Shown piece by piece: positions 38,307 through 48,724 of a stretch of DNA of 64,000 nucleotides. Where the stretch lies: the NCBI GenBank assembly GCA_963664705.1, contig OY761556.1:2592001-2656000 (forward strand), given 5' to 3'. Within the stretch, counting starts at the first letter, position 1. Each line of letters begins with the position of its first letter. The position numbers and the translations under genes were made by a program. Under the pieces are notes generated by a model. The model did no database searches. It had not been told where the DNA came from and worked only from the letters and a program-made list of their open reading frames with translations. Origin of the DNA: Acidobacteriota bacterium. GTDB taxonomy: Bacteria; Acidobacteriota; UBA6911.

Positions 38307-39884
38307 CTATTCGCCCCTGGTCGTCCTCGCAGGGATAGTGCAAATGATCAGGAATGCGATGAGCATCGTAACCACACCAATTTGAAATACGCTTCTTATG
38401 CCCGCCGCCATGGCAGTGCGTATCGCGCGCACAGTATCTGGAAACAGCATGTGCATTTCACTGCCACCCCTGTCAAATCTCACTTTGAGTTCGTCCATCG
38501 CAGGCTGCGACAGCAATACGCGTGGGTTGCCGATTGCAGTGACGGTCTCCTGATCAGCGAGCCGATGCAATTCGTACGGTAGCGAACGACGGAGACTTTT
38601 TTCATAGGAAGCATTCATCGCGGATCCCAGCAGTGCGGGAGCAATCGCTACCCCCATCAGAATGGCAAAGAACATCGCGCCCATCGCAACTCCCAGCAGT
38701 CGCTTGGGAACTGAATTCTGAACAACCATCGTATTCACCGTAGGAACTGCCCCCAACCCGAAACCGGCTATCGAAACAATAGCAACACTCCAGACAATCG
38801 GAGTCTGTTCCGTAATGAAGATGACTCCGAACATGTCTACCGTCAGAATTCCAAAACCCACAACATACATCCATTTGAAATTTCCGCGCCTGGCAAGAAG
38901 GAAACCTACCGGCACGCCGACAAAAGCCATCAAAACGCTATATGGAGTGATGATCTGTCCGCTTCTCATCGTACTTATCCCCTGAACTCCCTGCAGAAAC
39001 ATCGGGTAGTACATCATTATTCCCATCTGACCGAAGTAGGAGAACAGAGTGGCAATAGCAACAGTCATAAACGTGCGGTTGCGCAAAACCAAAGGGTCGA
39101 GGATCGGCTCTTCTACATGATTCTCGGTACGAAGGAAAAGGATCCAGAAGAGAAATGAAACCGATAGCAGCCCAATAACCTGAGGAGACCGCCACGGATA
39201 CTTTGTGCCGGCATAGGAAAAGCCTATGATGAGAGTCGATGAGGCAACCGCCACCAATATGCACCCAAGAACGTCAATTTTCCGCTTGCCTCGACGGACC
39301 ACAGAAGGAACTCCAACCGGGACAATAAGGAGGCAAACAACCAACAGCGGCACTGCAATCCAGTAGAGATAGCGCCAACTGAGATTATCAACAAACCAGC
39401 CGCCGAGCGTAGGGCCGATGAGCGAAAACACTCCTGTTGGAATGCGCAGCAGACCGATCCACTTCCCCCGCTTTTCAGGAGGGAATAGATCTCCGACCAC
39501 AGCATACGTAAGCGGCATCATAGCGCCTGTGCCAAGCGCACTTATCACTCCGGCAATTATCAGGAAGATATAATTGGCGCTGATTGCCCCCAAAACTGTT
39601 CCCGCAAGGCAAAAAGCCACGGAAATTATCAGCATAATTCTGCGTCCGTATATATCCGATAATTTACCGAAAACCAGTGTTACGAATGCACTGACCAGAC
39701 TGGGGATGGATACCGCCAGAGAGTAGAGGGACATGCCATTGAGGTCAGCGGCAATTCTTGGCCGAGCAATCCCCAAGGTTTGAACGAAATAGGCCATCGT
39801 TCCATAAACAGCAAAGATGGCGGCAACTCCCAAAGTTATCTGCTTTTGGGTAAAGTTATATTCAGCCCTAGACTCCTGAGACAT
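38307..39884 (-). CDS. MFS transporter, 14-TM DHA2-like
   Basis: GKLSDIYGRR, GPTLGGWFVDNLSWR, YPMFLQGVQG. Confidence 0.9.
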   Translation of the reverse strand: MSQESRAEYNFTQKQITLGVAAIFAVYGTMAYFVQTLGIARPRIAADLNGMSLYSLAVSIPSLVSAFVTLVFGKLSDIYGRRIMLIISVAFCLAGTVLGAISANYIFLIIAGVISALGTGAMMPLTYAVVGDLFPPEKRGKWIGLLRIPTGVFSLIGPTLGGWFVDNLSWRYLYWIAVPLLVVCLLIVPVGVPSVVRRGKRKIDVLGCILVAVASSTLIIGFSYAGTKYPWRSPQVIGLLSVSFLFWILFLRTENHVEEPILDPLVLRNRTFMTVAIATLFSYFGQMGIMMYYPMFLQGVQGISTMRSGQIITPYSVLMAFVGVPVGFLLARRGNFKWMYVVGFGILTVDMFGVIFITEQTPIVWSVAIVSIAGFGLGAVPTVNTMVVQNSVPKRLLGVAMGAMFFAILMGVAIAPALLGSAMNASYEKSLRRSLPYELHRLADQETVTAIGNPRVLLSQPAMDELKVRFDRGGSEMHMLFPDTVRAIRTAMAAGIRSVFQIGVVTMLIAFLIICTIPARTTRGE

Positions 39885-39938
39885 TCGGATCTCTCCGCGA
39901 AAAAATGAAAAGGACTTGAATTAGCTGAGTGAGGAAAG

Positions 39939-40973
39939 CTACTCAATATCTACCACGGCTTTGATGACGCCATCGCGATAATCCGACAGGATCTCAAAAG
40001 CAGTGCCTGCCCGATCCAGGCTGAATCGGTGAGTGATCATAAAGTCGGGCTGAATCCTGCCTTCATGGATCAGATCTATCACGGGCTCGATACACTCATT
40101 CTGGCGCCGAACATTTATATATGTAATGCCTTTGCGCCGGGCATCATGCACCGGAAAGTAGCTTTGGTCTGTCTCTGGAATACCCACGATGAGGATTCGC
40201 CCCATTGGTTTACACAATTGTAAAGCCTGATTGAGAGCGCTCTGCTGGCCGCAACACTCGAAAACCGCATCCAGCTCCAGAGGTTCATGCTGGATAATGT
40301 CACGAACGATATCAGTACGGTCGGGATTCCCTGCCCACACGGCACCTTGCTGCCTCGCGATCTCAAGCCGGTAGTCCAGCCGGTCTGTTACATAAATCGC
40401 TGAAGCCCCTTCTGCCCGCGCTGAAAGAAGCACACTTAAGCCGATCGGCCCACTCCCCAGAATGCCAATGCTTTTGCCCTTCAGCGAACCGGAAAGCCGC
40501 ACCGCATAGTGACCGATAGTTAATGGTTCCACCAGGGTGGCCTGGTCTGCAGTTAATCCTCTAGCGCTGTAACAGCAGTCCTCCGGCATAATCAGGTATT
40601 GGCATAAGCAGCCATCCAGTTGACCCGGGCAGCCCAGAAAGCGCACCTTCCGGCATGTATGGAAATGACCGAGCCGACATTGATCGCAGATGCCGCAGGA
40701 GACGGATGGGTCAACCACAACCATTTCTCCGCGCTGGAATCGTGTTACCTGGCTGCCAACCTCAGCCACAACCGCACTGCATTCATGCCCTATGCAAAAC
40801 GGATATTGCACGACCTGATCTCCGATCCGTCCTTGCGTGTAATAGTGGAGATCGGATCCGCATATGCCGACACGGAGAACTTTGAGAAGTACATCTGTTG
40901 GCCGACGAAGCGCGGGAACGGGTTGATCCACGATTTCATTTTGCCGGATTCCAGTCAATACCATGCTTTTCAT
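39939..40973 (-). CDS. Zinc-dependent polyol/alcohol dehydrogenase (sorbitol dehydrogenase-like)
   Basis: GICGSDLH, GHE, CGICDQC...C, GSGPIG. Confidence 0.92.
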   Translation of the reverse strand: MKSMVLTGIRQNEIVDQPVPALRRPTDVLLKVLRVGICGSDLHYYTQGRIGDQVVQYPFCIGHECSAVVAEVGSQVTRFQRGEMVVVDPSVSCGICDQCRLGHFHTCRKVRFLGCPGQLDGCLCQYLIMPEDCCYSARGLTADQATLVEPLTIGHYAVRLSGSLKGKSIGILGSGPIGLSVLLSARAEGASAIYVTDRLDYRLEIARQQGAVWAGNPDRTDIVRDIIQHEPLELDAVFECCGQQSALNQALQLCKPMGRILIVGIPETDQSYFPVHDARRKGITYINVRRQNECIEPVIDLIHEGRIQPDFMITHRFSLDRAGTAFEILSDYRDGVIKAVVDIE

Positions 40974-41061
40974 AGGGCTATCCCAACTCAGCTTTGATGT
41001 GCACCAGTCCGCTGCCGTCCCGCAGCGATGTTCGGTTGAAAGCAAAACTCTACCACAATGT

Positions 41062-41115
41062 TGTCACATTAATGTGACATATTTCTTGACAAGCCATTAT
41101 TAACTTTTATAGCCT
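41062..41115 (+). promoter_or_regulatory. Operator plus promoter, copy C (selenoprotein/esterase operon)
   Basis: TGTCACATTAATGTGACA-TATTTC-TTGACA-N18-TAGCCT. Confidence 0.75.
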
Positions 41116-41619
41116 GCCAGCGCATTCACAGTCATCATCCTCAAAAAGCTTTTGCGGGTGGCCTGTCCGGCAAAACTCAAAAAGGCTTCGAAAGAATGCA
41201 TTTGATGCACGAACTACCGGCTTTTGGTGACTGACCTCCCAAAAGCGCAACAGGGATGCCAGTCATGGCCGGCACGCCTGCCGCGGAGAGCACTGGTTCC
41301 TCCGTATATGCTACTTCATCCATCAGTGCTTTCTGCGGCAGGAACTATTGCTTTGAGAAAATATATGCCTCTTTTTACCAATGATCACGGTAGATTCTCT
41401 GGATGGAAGGCACTCTCTATTTTGGCAATAACATAGTTCGTGATGACGGGATTGGTTTCTCTAGTCCGGCTCCGAGCTGAGCGCCATTTGCTGCCGGCAT
41501 TATCGCCGGCCTCGGATGCGCAAAGGCTCTGGAGCTGAATTCACCGGGAACACTTCCTTCAAAAGGAAATATTCCCTTCCCTTGCACAGTTTGCTCTATT
41601 CTATCGGGAGATGGGACAC

Positions 41620-43419
41620 ATGAAAATAAAGACATTTGCTTTATCGATTGTTCTTCTCGCGAGCTTTTTTGCATCCGCCGCATGGGCGGCGGGGACTGCA
41701 AAGATTGTCGTGATGAATCCGCGGGGCATCCAGCCGGAAATCCGCAAGATTCCGATGGCAAAACGCCAGGCGACGCTCGATGACAAAACGGTCTACATAA
41801 TCGACATCAAATATCCGAACACAAAACCTTTTGTGGAGGCGATGCTTGCGGCGCTGAAAGCCAAGTATCCGAAGACCACGTGGGTGGTGAAGGAAAAGCT
41901 CGGCGGATACATGGATGATGATCCGGCGCTGTGGAAGGAAACCAAAGAGAAAGCCGCCGCTGCCATCGTCCTGGTGGGGCATTGAAGCAGCTGCTCGCCG
42001 GCAGTTGTCGGCCATGCAGTGACACTGGAAAGAATGGGCATCCCCGCGGTACCGATGATCACAGCGCGTTTCAAAGAGCTGGTAACGACGATCTCGTACA
42101 AAAAAGGGATTCCGAACATGCGGATCACCTATACGCCGCATCCCATCACCGACAGACCCCGGGATCTTTGCGACAAGTATGTGCAGGGCAACGATCCGAA
42201 CAGCGGCCAGCCGATGCTGGAACAGATCTATGGAGCGCTGACGAAGCCTCTGTCCGCGGAAGACGCCAAGGCCGGCTTCCTCAAGCGAGATCCGCGCCCG
42301 AGGCTGTTGCCTCCGGACACGCCGGAAAACCTGCTGGAATACTTCCACGAACACGTCTTCACCGACGGCAACCCGATCATTCTCCCGACCGAACAGAAGG
42401 TGGCGGAAATGCTGAAAGCCACCAGCCGCAAGCCGGATGAATGGGTCGGCCAGATGCGTCCCTCTCCTCCCCATGAAGCCTGGTACTACACGGTGGAAAT
42501 GGTCGCCGTGAATGCCGTCATGGCGGGAGCCAAACCGGAATACTTCCCCACGATCCTGGCGATTGCCTCCAAGGGTTTGACCTCGATGTTCAGCTCGACT
42601 TCGTCGTTTGCCCGCATGGTCGTCGTCAACGGCCCGGTGGTGAAGGAAATCGGCATGAACACCAGCATCGGAGCACTGGGTCCGAACAACCGTGCCAACT
42701 CCTCCATCGGCCGCTGCTGGACGCTGATCTCCAAGAACCTCGGCGGATCCGGGAAACCGGGAGAAACCTACCTGGGCAGCCAGGGGAACCAGTTGAACTA
42801 CAACAACCTCTGCTTCCCGGAAACGGAAGAAGGGTTGCCGGCAGGATGGAATCCGTTGTCGGTGCAGAAGGGTTTCAAGAAGTCCGACAGCGTGGTCAGC
42901 CTGTTCAGCGGCTGGAGCTTCAACGATATCGCCTGGTACTCGCCGCTGCCGCAGCATGAAGTCATCCGCGGCTGGCTGGAACATTTCTTCTCGTTCGGGA
43001 CGACGCAGGCAACGCTGGTGCTCGATCCGATTGTGGCAGCCGACGTAGCGAACATCGGTCACTTTGGGACGAAGGAAGCCTTTGCCCAATGGCTGGCAGA
43101 CAACACCGGGACCCCGGGCTGGCTGTACTGGTCGCAGAACGAAAATGCTCTTAAGCAGGCGAAAGAGGGAGTGGAACCCTATGCCGGCTGGTATAAACAG
43201 GGCACGGGCGCGGTAGTGCCATCCTCCCGCTATAAGCGAAATCGCGGTGGCGTGGCAAGGAATGCCCCACCGAGAAATTCCTCCTTCATTGCATCGGAAA
43301 ATAGCAATGAGCCAACAAATTCAGTCAACATTGTTGTGACCGGCGGCGGGACGAACACGTTCTGGTCGGGCGGCGATTTTGGTTATGCGGGCAGTGCGTC
43401 CGTAGATCTCTGGAGATAG
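41620..43419 (+). CDS. Exported UGSC-family selenoprotein, copy 1 (Sec at TGA 41983-41985, motif GH-U-SSC), about 599 aa
   Basis: ORFs 41611..41985 and 42019..43419 share a frame, separated only by TGA. Read-through gives IVLVGHUSSCSPAVVGHAVTLERMGIP. SECIS-like hairpin follows. Signal peptide ending AWA; GGGAG RBS. Confidence 0.88.
41986..42018 (+). promoter_or_regulatory. Bacterial SECIS-like element, copy 1
   Basis: Stem GCCGGC/GTCGGC with loop AGTT starting 17 nt after UGA; lower TGC/GCA pairing. Confidence 0.7.
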
Positions 43420-43432
43420 GAGGAACGATCTT

Positions 43433-43999
43433 ATGAAAAACCGAACAATAATTATTGCAATAGCGCTGTTGGGATTGGTCGCATGCCTCCAGCCTGTCAT
43501 GGCGCAGGAGAACACGCCCACGAATCCGGTTGCCGTAAAGGTGCCGCTGAAATCGATGGTCGAACTCGGGTCGGTGTATACCAACATCTATGACATCACG
43601 ATCACGGTACTTGAAACTGTTCGCGGCAATGCGGCGCTTGAACAGCTCAAGGCGGCGGATCCGAATGTCAAGGCGCCGGCAGCGGGCTTTGATTACGTGC
43701 TGGCACGCGTCAAGTTCGAACTCAAGGGGCGCTATGTCAGCGACAACCTGTCGTTTGATCTCGGAACCGAACCGTTGCAGTGGGTTTTGCTGTCGGGCGC
43801 GGATCTGACGGAATATGACCGGGTATCGCTGACGGTTCCCAAGCCTGCTTTGGCAGGCATTGTGAAACCCGGCAGTTCGATGGAAGGCTGGGTGGGCTTT
43901 GCCGTTTCTCAAAAAGACGCCAAGCCGGTGATGGTATTTGATCCGGATACCGGCGGCGCTACAGGGCGCGGCAAAACTCTATTTTTTAAGCTGTATTAA
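43433..43999 (+). CDS. Exported DUF4352-like (Ig-fold) protein, partner of selenoprotein copy 1
   Basis: Signal peptide; YDITITVLETVRG...YVLARVKFE...GWVGFAV...KPVMVF. Paralog of 52072-52644. Confidence 0.75.
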   Translation: MKNRTIIIAIALLGLVACLQPVMAQENTPTNPVAVKVPLKSMVELGSVYTNIYDITITVLETVRGNAALEQLKAADPNVKAPAAGFDYVLARVKFELKGRYVSDNLSFDLGTEPLQWVLLSGADLTEYDRVSLTVPKPALAGIVKPGSSMEGWVGFAVSQKDAKPVMVFDPDTGGATGRGKTLFFKLY

Positions 44000-44068
44000 G
44001 GGGTCGAACCGGTGCATTCCAAAGCATGCTATGCACCGCATTATTTACGTTTGGGAGGGGGACCACCA

Positions 44069-45679
44069 GTGAACACAATCAGAACCGGATGGATAAGCAC
44101 TGCCTTAGCGGCTTTCATCCTGCTCGCGTCGAGTCTTGCATGGGCCGACGAGGCAGAATTCCGCAATGCCTGCGTATCTCTGGGTAAATTATCGACGCAA
44201 TCTTTCCGCGTTGATGCCTCGGAGTGGGTTGCAGCCTCGCGTGTGCCTGCAGGACCGGGAGGTGCCACCATGGAGGTCCCCGCCCACTGTCTTTTTCGCG
44301 TCATGATTGACTCTCGCTCATCCGGAATGGATGAGCTGAGCTATGGCACGGGAATCGAAATGCGATTGCCGCTGGACTGGAATGGCCGCATGTTGTTTCA
44401 GGGCGGCGGCGGGTTGGATGGTGTGCTAACGCCCGCATTCGGATCTGTTTCCGGAGCTCCTTCCGCGCTTGCACGCGGGTTCGCAGTAGTTTCCACCGAT
44501 GGGGGCCATCGCGGTCGCAGCAGTGTAGATGGGCGCTTTGCTGTTGACCAACAAGCCAAGCTTGATTTTGCCTATCAAGCGGTTCAACGCACAACTCGCG
44601 AGGCAAAATCGCTCATCAATCGCTATTATGGACGCAAACCGGACTATTCCTACTTTATGGGATGCTCAACGGGCGGGAGGGAGGCGATGCTTTCAGCACA
44701 ACGTCTTCCGCTGGAGTTCGACGGCGTGGTTTCCGGCAATGCCTCCTTTAATTTGACGCGGGTTGCGGCAAACCAGGTCTGGAGTTTGCAGACTGTTACA
44801 CGGATCGCGCCCAAAGACGCAAGCGGCAAACCTCTGCTCTCGGAAGCCTTCACGGACACACAGCTAAAGGCAATATCGAAAGCCGTTCTCAAGCAATGCG
44901 ATGGACTCGATGGACTCGAGGACGGGATGATCAATGATTTCAAATCCTGTCCATTTGATCCGGCTTCTCTTCGCTGCAGTGAAGCGGCGGGTGCGGGCAA
45001 GACGGAGTGTTTGTCTGCGCAGCAAATCAGCGGATTAAAAGACATCCTCGGCGGTGCCCGAAATTCCAGGGGCGAATCACTCTACGGCGCAACCCCATAC
45101 GACACAGGCATTGCCCAGCCAGCCTGGCGGGCAATGCACCTGGGAACTGCAAAAGATGAACCCGCGAATGCATGGCTCGGCCGTGATACTCTGCGCCTTT
45201 TCGCCGTCACACCATCGAATCCTGATCTCGATCCGCTGAAATTCGATTTTGATCGCGATATGGTTTCTACCGCGGAGACCGCCGCCATCAACGATGCAGT
45301 GGCTACGCTGCACACCACATTCGCGGGGCACGGCGGCAAAATGATCGTCTACCATGGCCTATCGGATCAAGCAATGTGGACCGGTGCACTGACTCAGTGG
45401 TATGAACGCCTGACCCCTCGCGACAGCCAGGGGCCTCAATCCTGGGCCCGCCTGTTTCTTGTTCCAGGCATGACTCACTGCGGCGGCGGACAATCGACGG
45501 ATCAATTCGATATGCTCACTGCCATTCAACAATGGGTCGAAAAAGGGCAGGCTCCGGACCGTGTTGTTGCCTCGGGGAAGGCATTCCCCGGCAAGACTCG
45601 CCCACTGTGTCCTTATCCGAAAGTAGCCCGGTTCGACGGCGGCAATCCCGACGACCAGAAAAGCTTTTCCTGTCGCTAA
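44069..45679 (+). CDS. Secreted tannase/feruloyl esterase family hydrolase
   Basis: WNGRMLFQGGGG, STDGGH, GCSTGGRE, YHGLSD, GMTHCGGG, RPLCPYP. Confidence 0.93.
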   Translation: MNTIRTGWISTALAAFILLASSLAWADEAEFRNACVSLGKLSTQSFRVDASEWVAASRVPAGPGGATMEVPAHCLFRVMIDSRSSGMDELSYGTGIEMRLPLDWNGRMLFQGGGGLDGVLTPAFGSVSGAPSALARGFAVVSTDGGHRGRSSVDGRFAVDQQAKLDFAYQAVQRTTREAKSLINRYYGRKPDYSYFMGCSTGGREAMLSAQRLPLEFDGVVSGNASFNLTRVAANQVWSLQTVTRIAPKDASGKPLLSEAFTDTQLKAISKAVLKQCDGLDGLEDGMINDFKSCPFDPASLRCSEAAGAGKTECLSAQQISGLKDILGGARNSRGESLYGATPYDTGIAQPAWRAMHLGTAKDEPANAWLGRDTLRLFAVTPSNPDLDPLKFDFDRDMVSTAETAAINDAVATLHTTFAGHGGKMIVYHGLSDQAMWTGALTQWYERLTPRDSQGPQSWARLFLVPGMTHCGGGQSTDQFDMLTAIQQWVEKGQAPDRVVASGKAFPGKTRPLCPYPKVARFDGGNPDDQKSFSCR

Positions 45680-45791
45680 CCCGGCGTCCTATTCAGCCAC
45701 ACCGAATGGTTCCCGGCGTAGAGGCAATTATTCCCACAGGAAGGTGCGTTTTCCCGACCAAAGTATTTCATAAAATTCGAGGAGGTCATAA

Positions 45792-46790
45792 ATGAAGAAC
45801 TTGATGCACTGCCTTGGCATGCTGGTATTCCTGACGTGCACTGTCTATGCTCAAGCGCCGCCGTCAACGCAACCTGTGGCGAATGCCCCAACCGTTCTTC
45901 CAGCTTCAACACCGCTGGGAACCGGATCGCTAAAGGCAATCATGGAAGCGGACGCTGCCTTGGCCAAGCACACTGTGTATCGACCCAATGATATGAACGC
46001 CATTGGTTCGGCAAAGCTGCCTATCCTGGCCTGGGGCAACGGCGCTTGTGCAGCGGACGGCAACGCCTTCCGCCTTTTCCTGACCGAAATTGCAAGCCAT
46101 GGCTATCTGGTCATTGCAAACGGTCCCATTGGTCCGGACAGGGCGCAGTTTCCACCAACCATGCCGGCCAACCGTGGCGCGACTGCGACGAAACCAAACC
46201 CTGCCACTGCTGCTCCTCCAGTCATTTCATCAACTCCTCCCACCACAACGGCTCAGCTCATTGAAGCCGTTGATTGGGCAATCAAGGAAAACAGTCGCAA
46301 GGGCAGCAGGTACTTTGGCAAACTTGACACAGCGAAAATAGCGGTGGCAGGCATGTCCTGCGGCGGAGTACAGGCGATCGAAGCTTCTGTTGATCCGCGA
46401 GTAAAAACCACCATTGTCGCCAATAGCGGATTAATGACCGTGCCCACGACAATGTCAGGGAGCGGGAAGCCTGTCCCCAAAGAGTCACTGAAACTGATGC
46501 ACGCGCCGGTGCTCTACATGAGCGGCGATGAGTCGGACATCGCGTACGGAAATGCCAATGACGATTTCGAAAAGATCAACCACATACCGGTTTTTCGCGC
46601 CTTTGAAAAAGGTATCGGCCATGGGGGCACCTACCACGATCCGAATGGGGGTGCCTTTGGTAAAGTCGCCCTCGCCTGGCTTGACTGGCAGCTAAAAGGT
46701 AACAAAACGGCTGCGAAGATGTTCCGAGGAACGAAGTGCAGTTTGTGCAGCGATTCGCAGTGGGTTACGCGTAAAAAGAAGATTGATTAA
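45792..46790 (+). CDS. Secreted alpha/beta hydrolase (chlorophyllase/cutinase-like)
   Basis: HTVYRP, AWGNGAC, EIASHGY, AGMSCGG, GHGGTY, WLDWQLKG. Confidence 0.88.
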   Translation: MKNLMHCLGMLVFLTCTVYAQAPPSTQPVANAPTVLPASTPLGTGSLKAIMEADAALAKHTVYRPNDMNAIGSAKLPILAWGNGACAADGNAFRLFLTEIASHGYLVIANGPIGPDRAQFPPTMPANRGATATKPNPATAAPPVISSTPPTTTAQLIEAVDWAIKENSRKGSRYFGKLDTAKIAVAGMSCGGVQAIEASVDPRVKTTIVANSGLMTVPTTMSGSGKPVPKESLKLMHAPVLYMSGDESDIAYGNANDDFEKINHIPVFRAFEKGIGHGGTYHDPNGGAFGKVALAWLDWQLKGNKTAAKMFRGTKCSLCSDSQWVTRKKKID

Positions 46791-46877
46791 ACCTGCATTC
46801 CGGCTCAATCGATGTTAACAGGGAGAACACGGACAAGCAATTCCGTGTTCTCCTTTCTATTCAGTCCTTGTGGCTGA

Positions 46878-48556
46878 TTATGCCCCTGCATCCCACGATC
46901 TGAGCGCAACCGCATGTTTTGCGGCGATTCTACCGGAGAACAAACACTCCCCAATATTCCCACCCGAGTTGTATCCCCAACCCCAGAAGGATCCAAGTTC
47001 CCCAGTTCCATAAAGCCGCGCAATCGGTCTTTTATAGGGATCCACAATCTGACAAAACTTATTGCGCCTCGGTCCGCCCATGGTGTTTGCAGTGTTAGGC
47101 CATTGCTTCATTGCATAAAAAGGTGGTCCGCCGATAGGAGCCAGCGACCCCGGGAATCTGCCGAATTCGAGATCCTTTTTATCGGCACAGAACTGATTGT
47201 ACTGAGCCACGGTCGATTCCAGCTTTTTTGCATCCATCAGATTGCGATTATCCGAATCCCTTCTGATCTTCGCCGCCAGTTCATCCAGTGAATCCGCTTT
47301 CAGTATCCAGCCTTTGGCAATCTCTTCTCTATTATCAGCACTCCAATTGATACCGGAGTGCCACACAAACCAAGTCCATTTCCCTCCCCCACCGATTGCC
47401 TTGGATGAGAGCATAGAGCCAGCTTTAACTGAAGCCTCATCGAAAATTGCCCAACAGGGGACGCTGGACCAATCCATTGCGGCAGCATTGAAATCAAGAT
47501 TGCGGGTCCCGAGTCCGTGGGAGCGAGTGCCGCCTCTTTCATTCATGTATCGTTTTCCCAGCTTGTTGACCAGAATGGAGCTATTGCCTCTTGGACCGGC
47601 AGGCGCCAGACCGATGATGTGGGGATCTGTCCCCGGAACCACAAAGCAACCCGGATGCCCGCCGTTGATTTCGTTCATGTGCCATAGATCCGCACCAACT
47701 TTCTGAGCCATTCGGATTCCATCGCCGGTGTTTCCAGGCGTTCCTACCCCCATGACTGGCGAGCCCCAGAAATACTGCTTTTGCATTGCATAGTCAAACT
47801 CCAGGCCGCCGCAGGCGAGTACGACTGCCTTTTTGGCCTTAATTGCGATTTTGACCCCTTTTTTTCAGCCATCACGCCGGCAATCTCTTTCGTTCCGCTA
47901 TCCTGAATGAGTTCCTTTGCAGGCGTCTCATACAAAACCGGGATTCCTCGCTTCTGCACCTGGTCGCGCATAAACTGCCATAGCCGCCCATCGCCTGTGG
48001 TCCCGCGGCTGGCACCATCCACTGACCAGGCATAGGCCTGATAACAGTCGCTGCCAGGCAGTTCCGGAAAGGCTATATCCGCCATGGCAAGAGGCAGCGG
48101 AGCGAGAGTTGCTCCCAGATTTTTGAGAACCTGCAGGTTTTCCGCCAATCCTTCAGACATGACCTTGAAGATTTCCTCGTCTTCCGTCATTCCGCAATCC
48201 ATGGCTTTGATATACGCAATCCCCTTTTCGACATCCTTGGGCGCCCAGATGAACTGCATACAGACTTTGCTGTTCCCTCCCTCGTACTGCTGCGAGAGTT
48301 TTTCCAGGAGCAGCACCTTGGCACCCGCATCCGCCGCGGCAACAGCGGTCGAGAGCCCTGCCATCCCGGTTCCGACAACCACAAGGTCGGCCGTATGATC
48401 CCATTTTACCGGAATGCCGGAATCGCACTTGGGATGCGCCTTTGCAGACGTAGAAGCCCCCAGGAAGGTCAGGGTGCCTGCCCCGGCAAGCGCCGCAGCA
48501 TCGGCGGCGGCGCCCTTGATAAATTTGCGACGCGTAAGGTTCTTTTCATTCGACAT
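46878..48556 (-). pseudogene. Tat-exported FAD-dependent oxidoreductase (FAD_binding_2, flavocytochrome c-like) split by a -1 frameshift at 47859-47865
   Basis: TRRKFIK Tat motif, VVVGTGMAG, GGNS. After GAA AAA AAG the -1 frame continues GVKIAIKAKKAVVLACGG...GNTGDG...TMGG...RLYGTGE, colinear with the paralog at 54464-56116. Confidence 0.85.
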
Positions 48557-48606
48557 AGGAACTCTCCATCTCTGCAAAACTTGGATCAATCCTGCCAGGA
48601 ATTTGA

Positions 48607-48626
48607 TATGCATAATGCATGCATGT
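48607..48626. promoter_or_regulatory. TGCAT-rich operator between the divergent flavoprotein and CocE genes
   Basis: TATGCATAATGCATGCATGT, 18/20 identical to 63428-63447. Confidence 0.55.
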
Positions 48627-48724
48627 AGCATATTATACGCACTACATGTTCGGAATCAGTGAAAATTCCAATGGAACCCCAAGAACATACTTTTCGTAAA
48701 ACGTGCAAGTCAATCAAGAGATCT

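Noticed and set aside
41611-41985. Stand-alone 124-aa gene (and 54038..54409 likewise), or nonsense pseudogenes
   Set aside because: The same UGA position in both paralogs, the UxxC context and the SECIS-like hairpins favour Sec read-through.
41641-43089. Long antisense ORFs (482 aa here; also 8373..9689 and 35137..35937)
   Set aside because: Shadows of GC-rich coding genes on the opposite strand, with no protein-like motifs.
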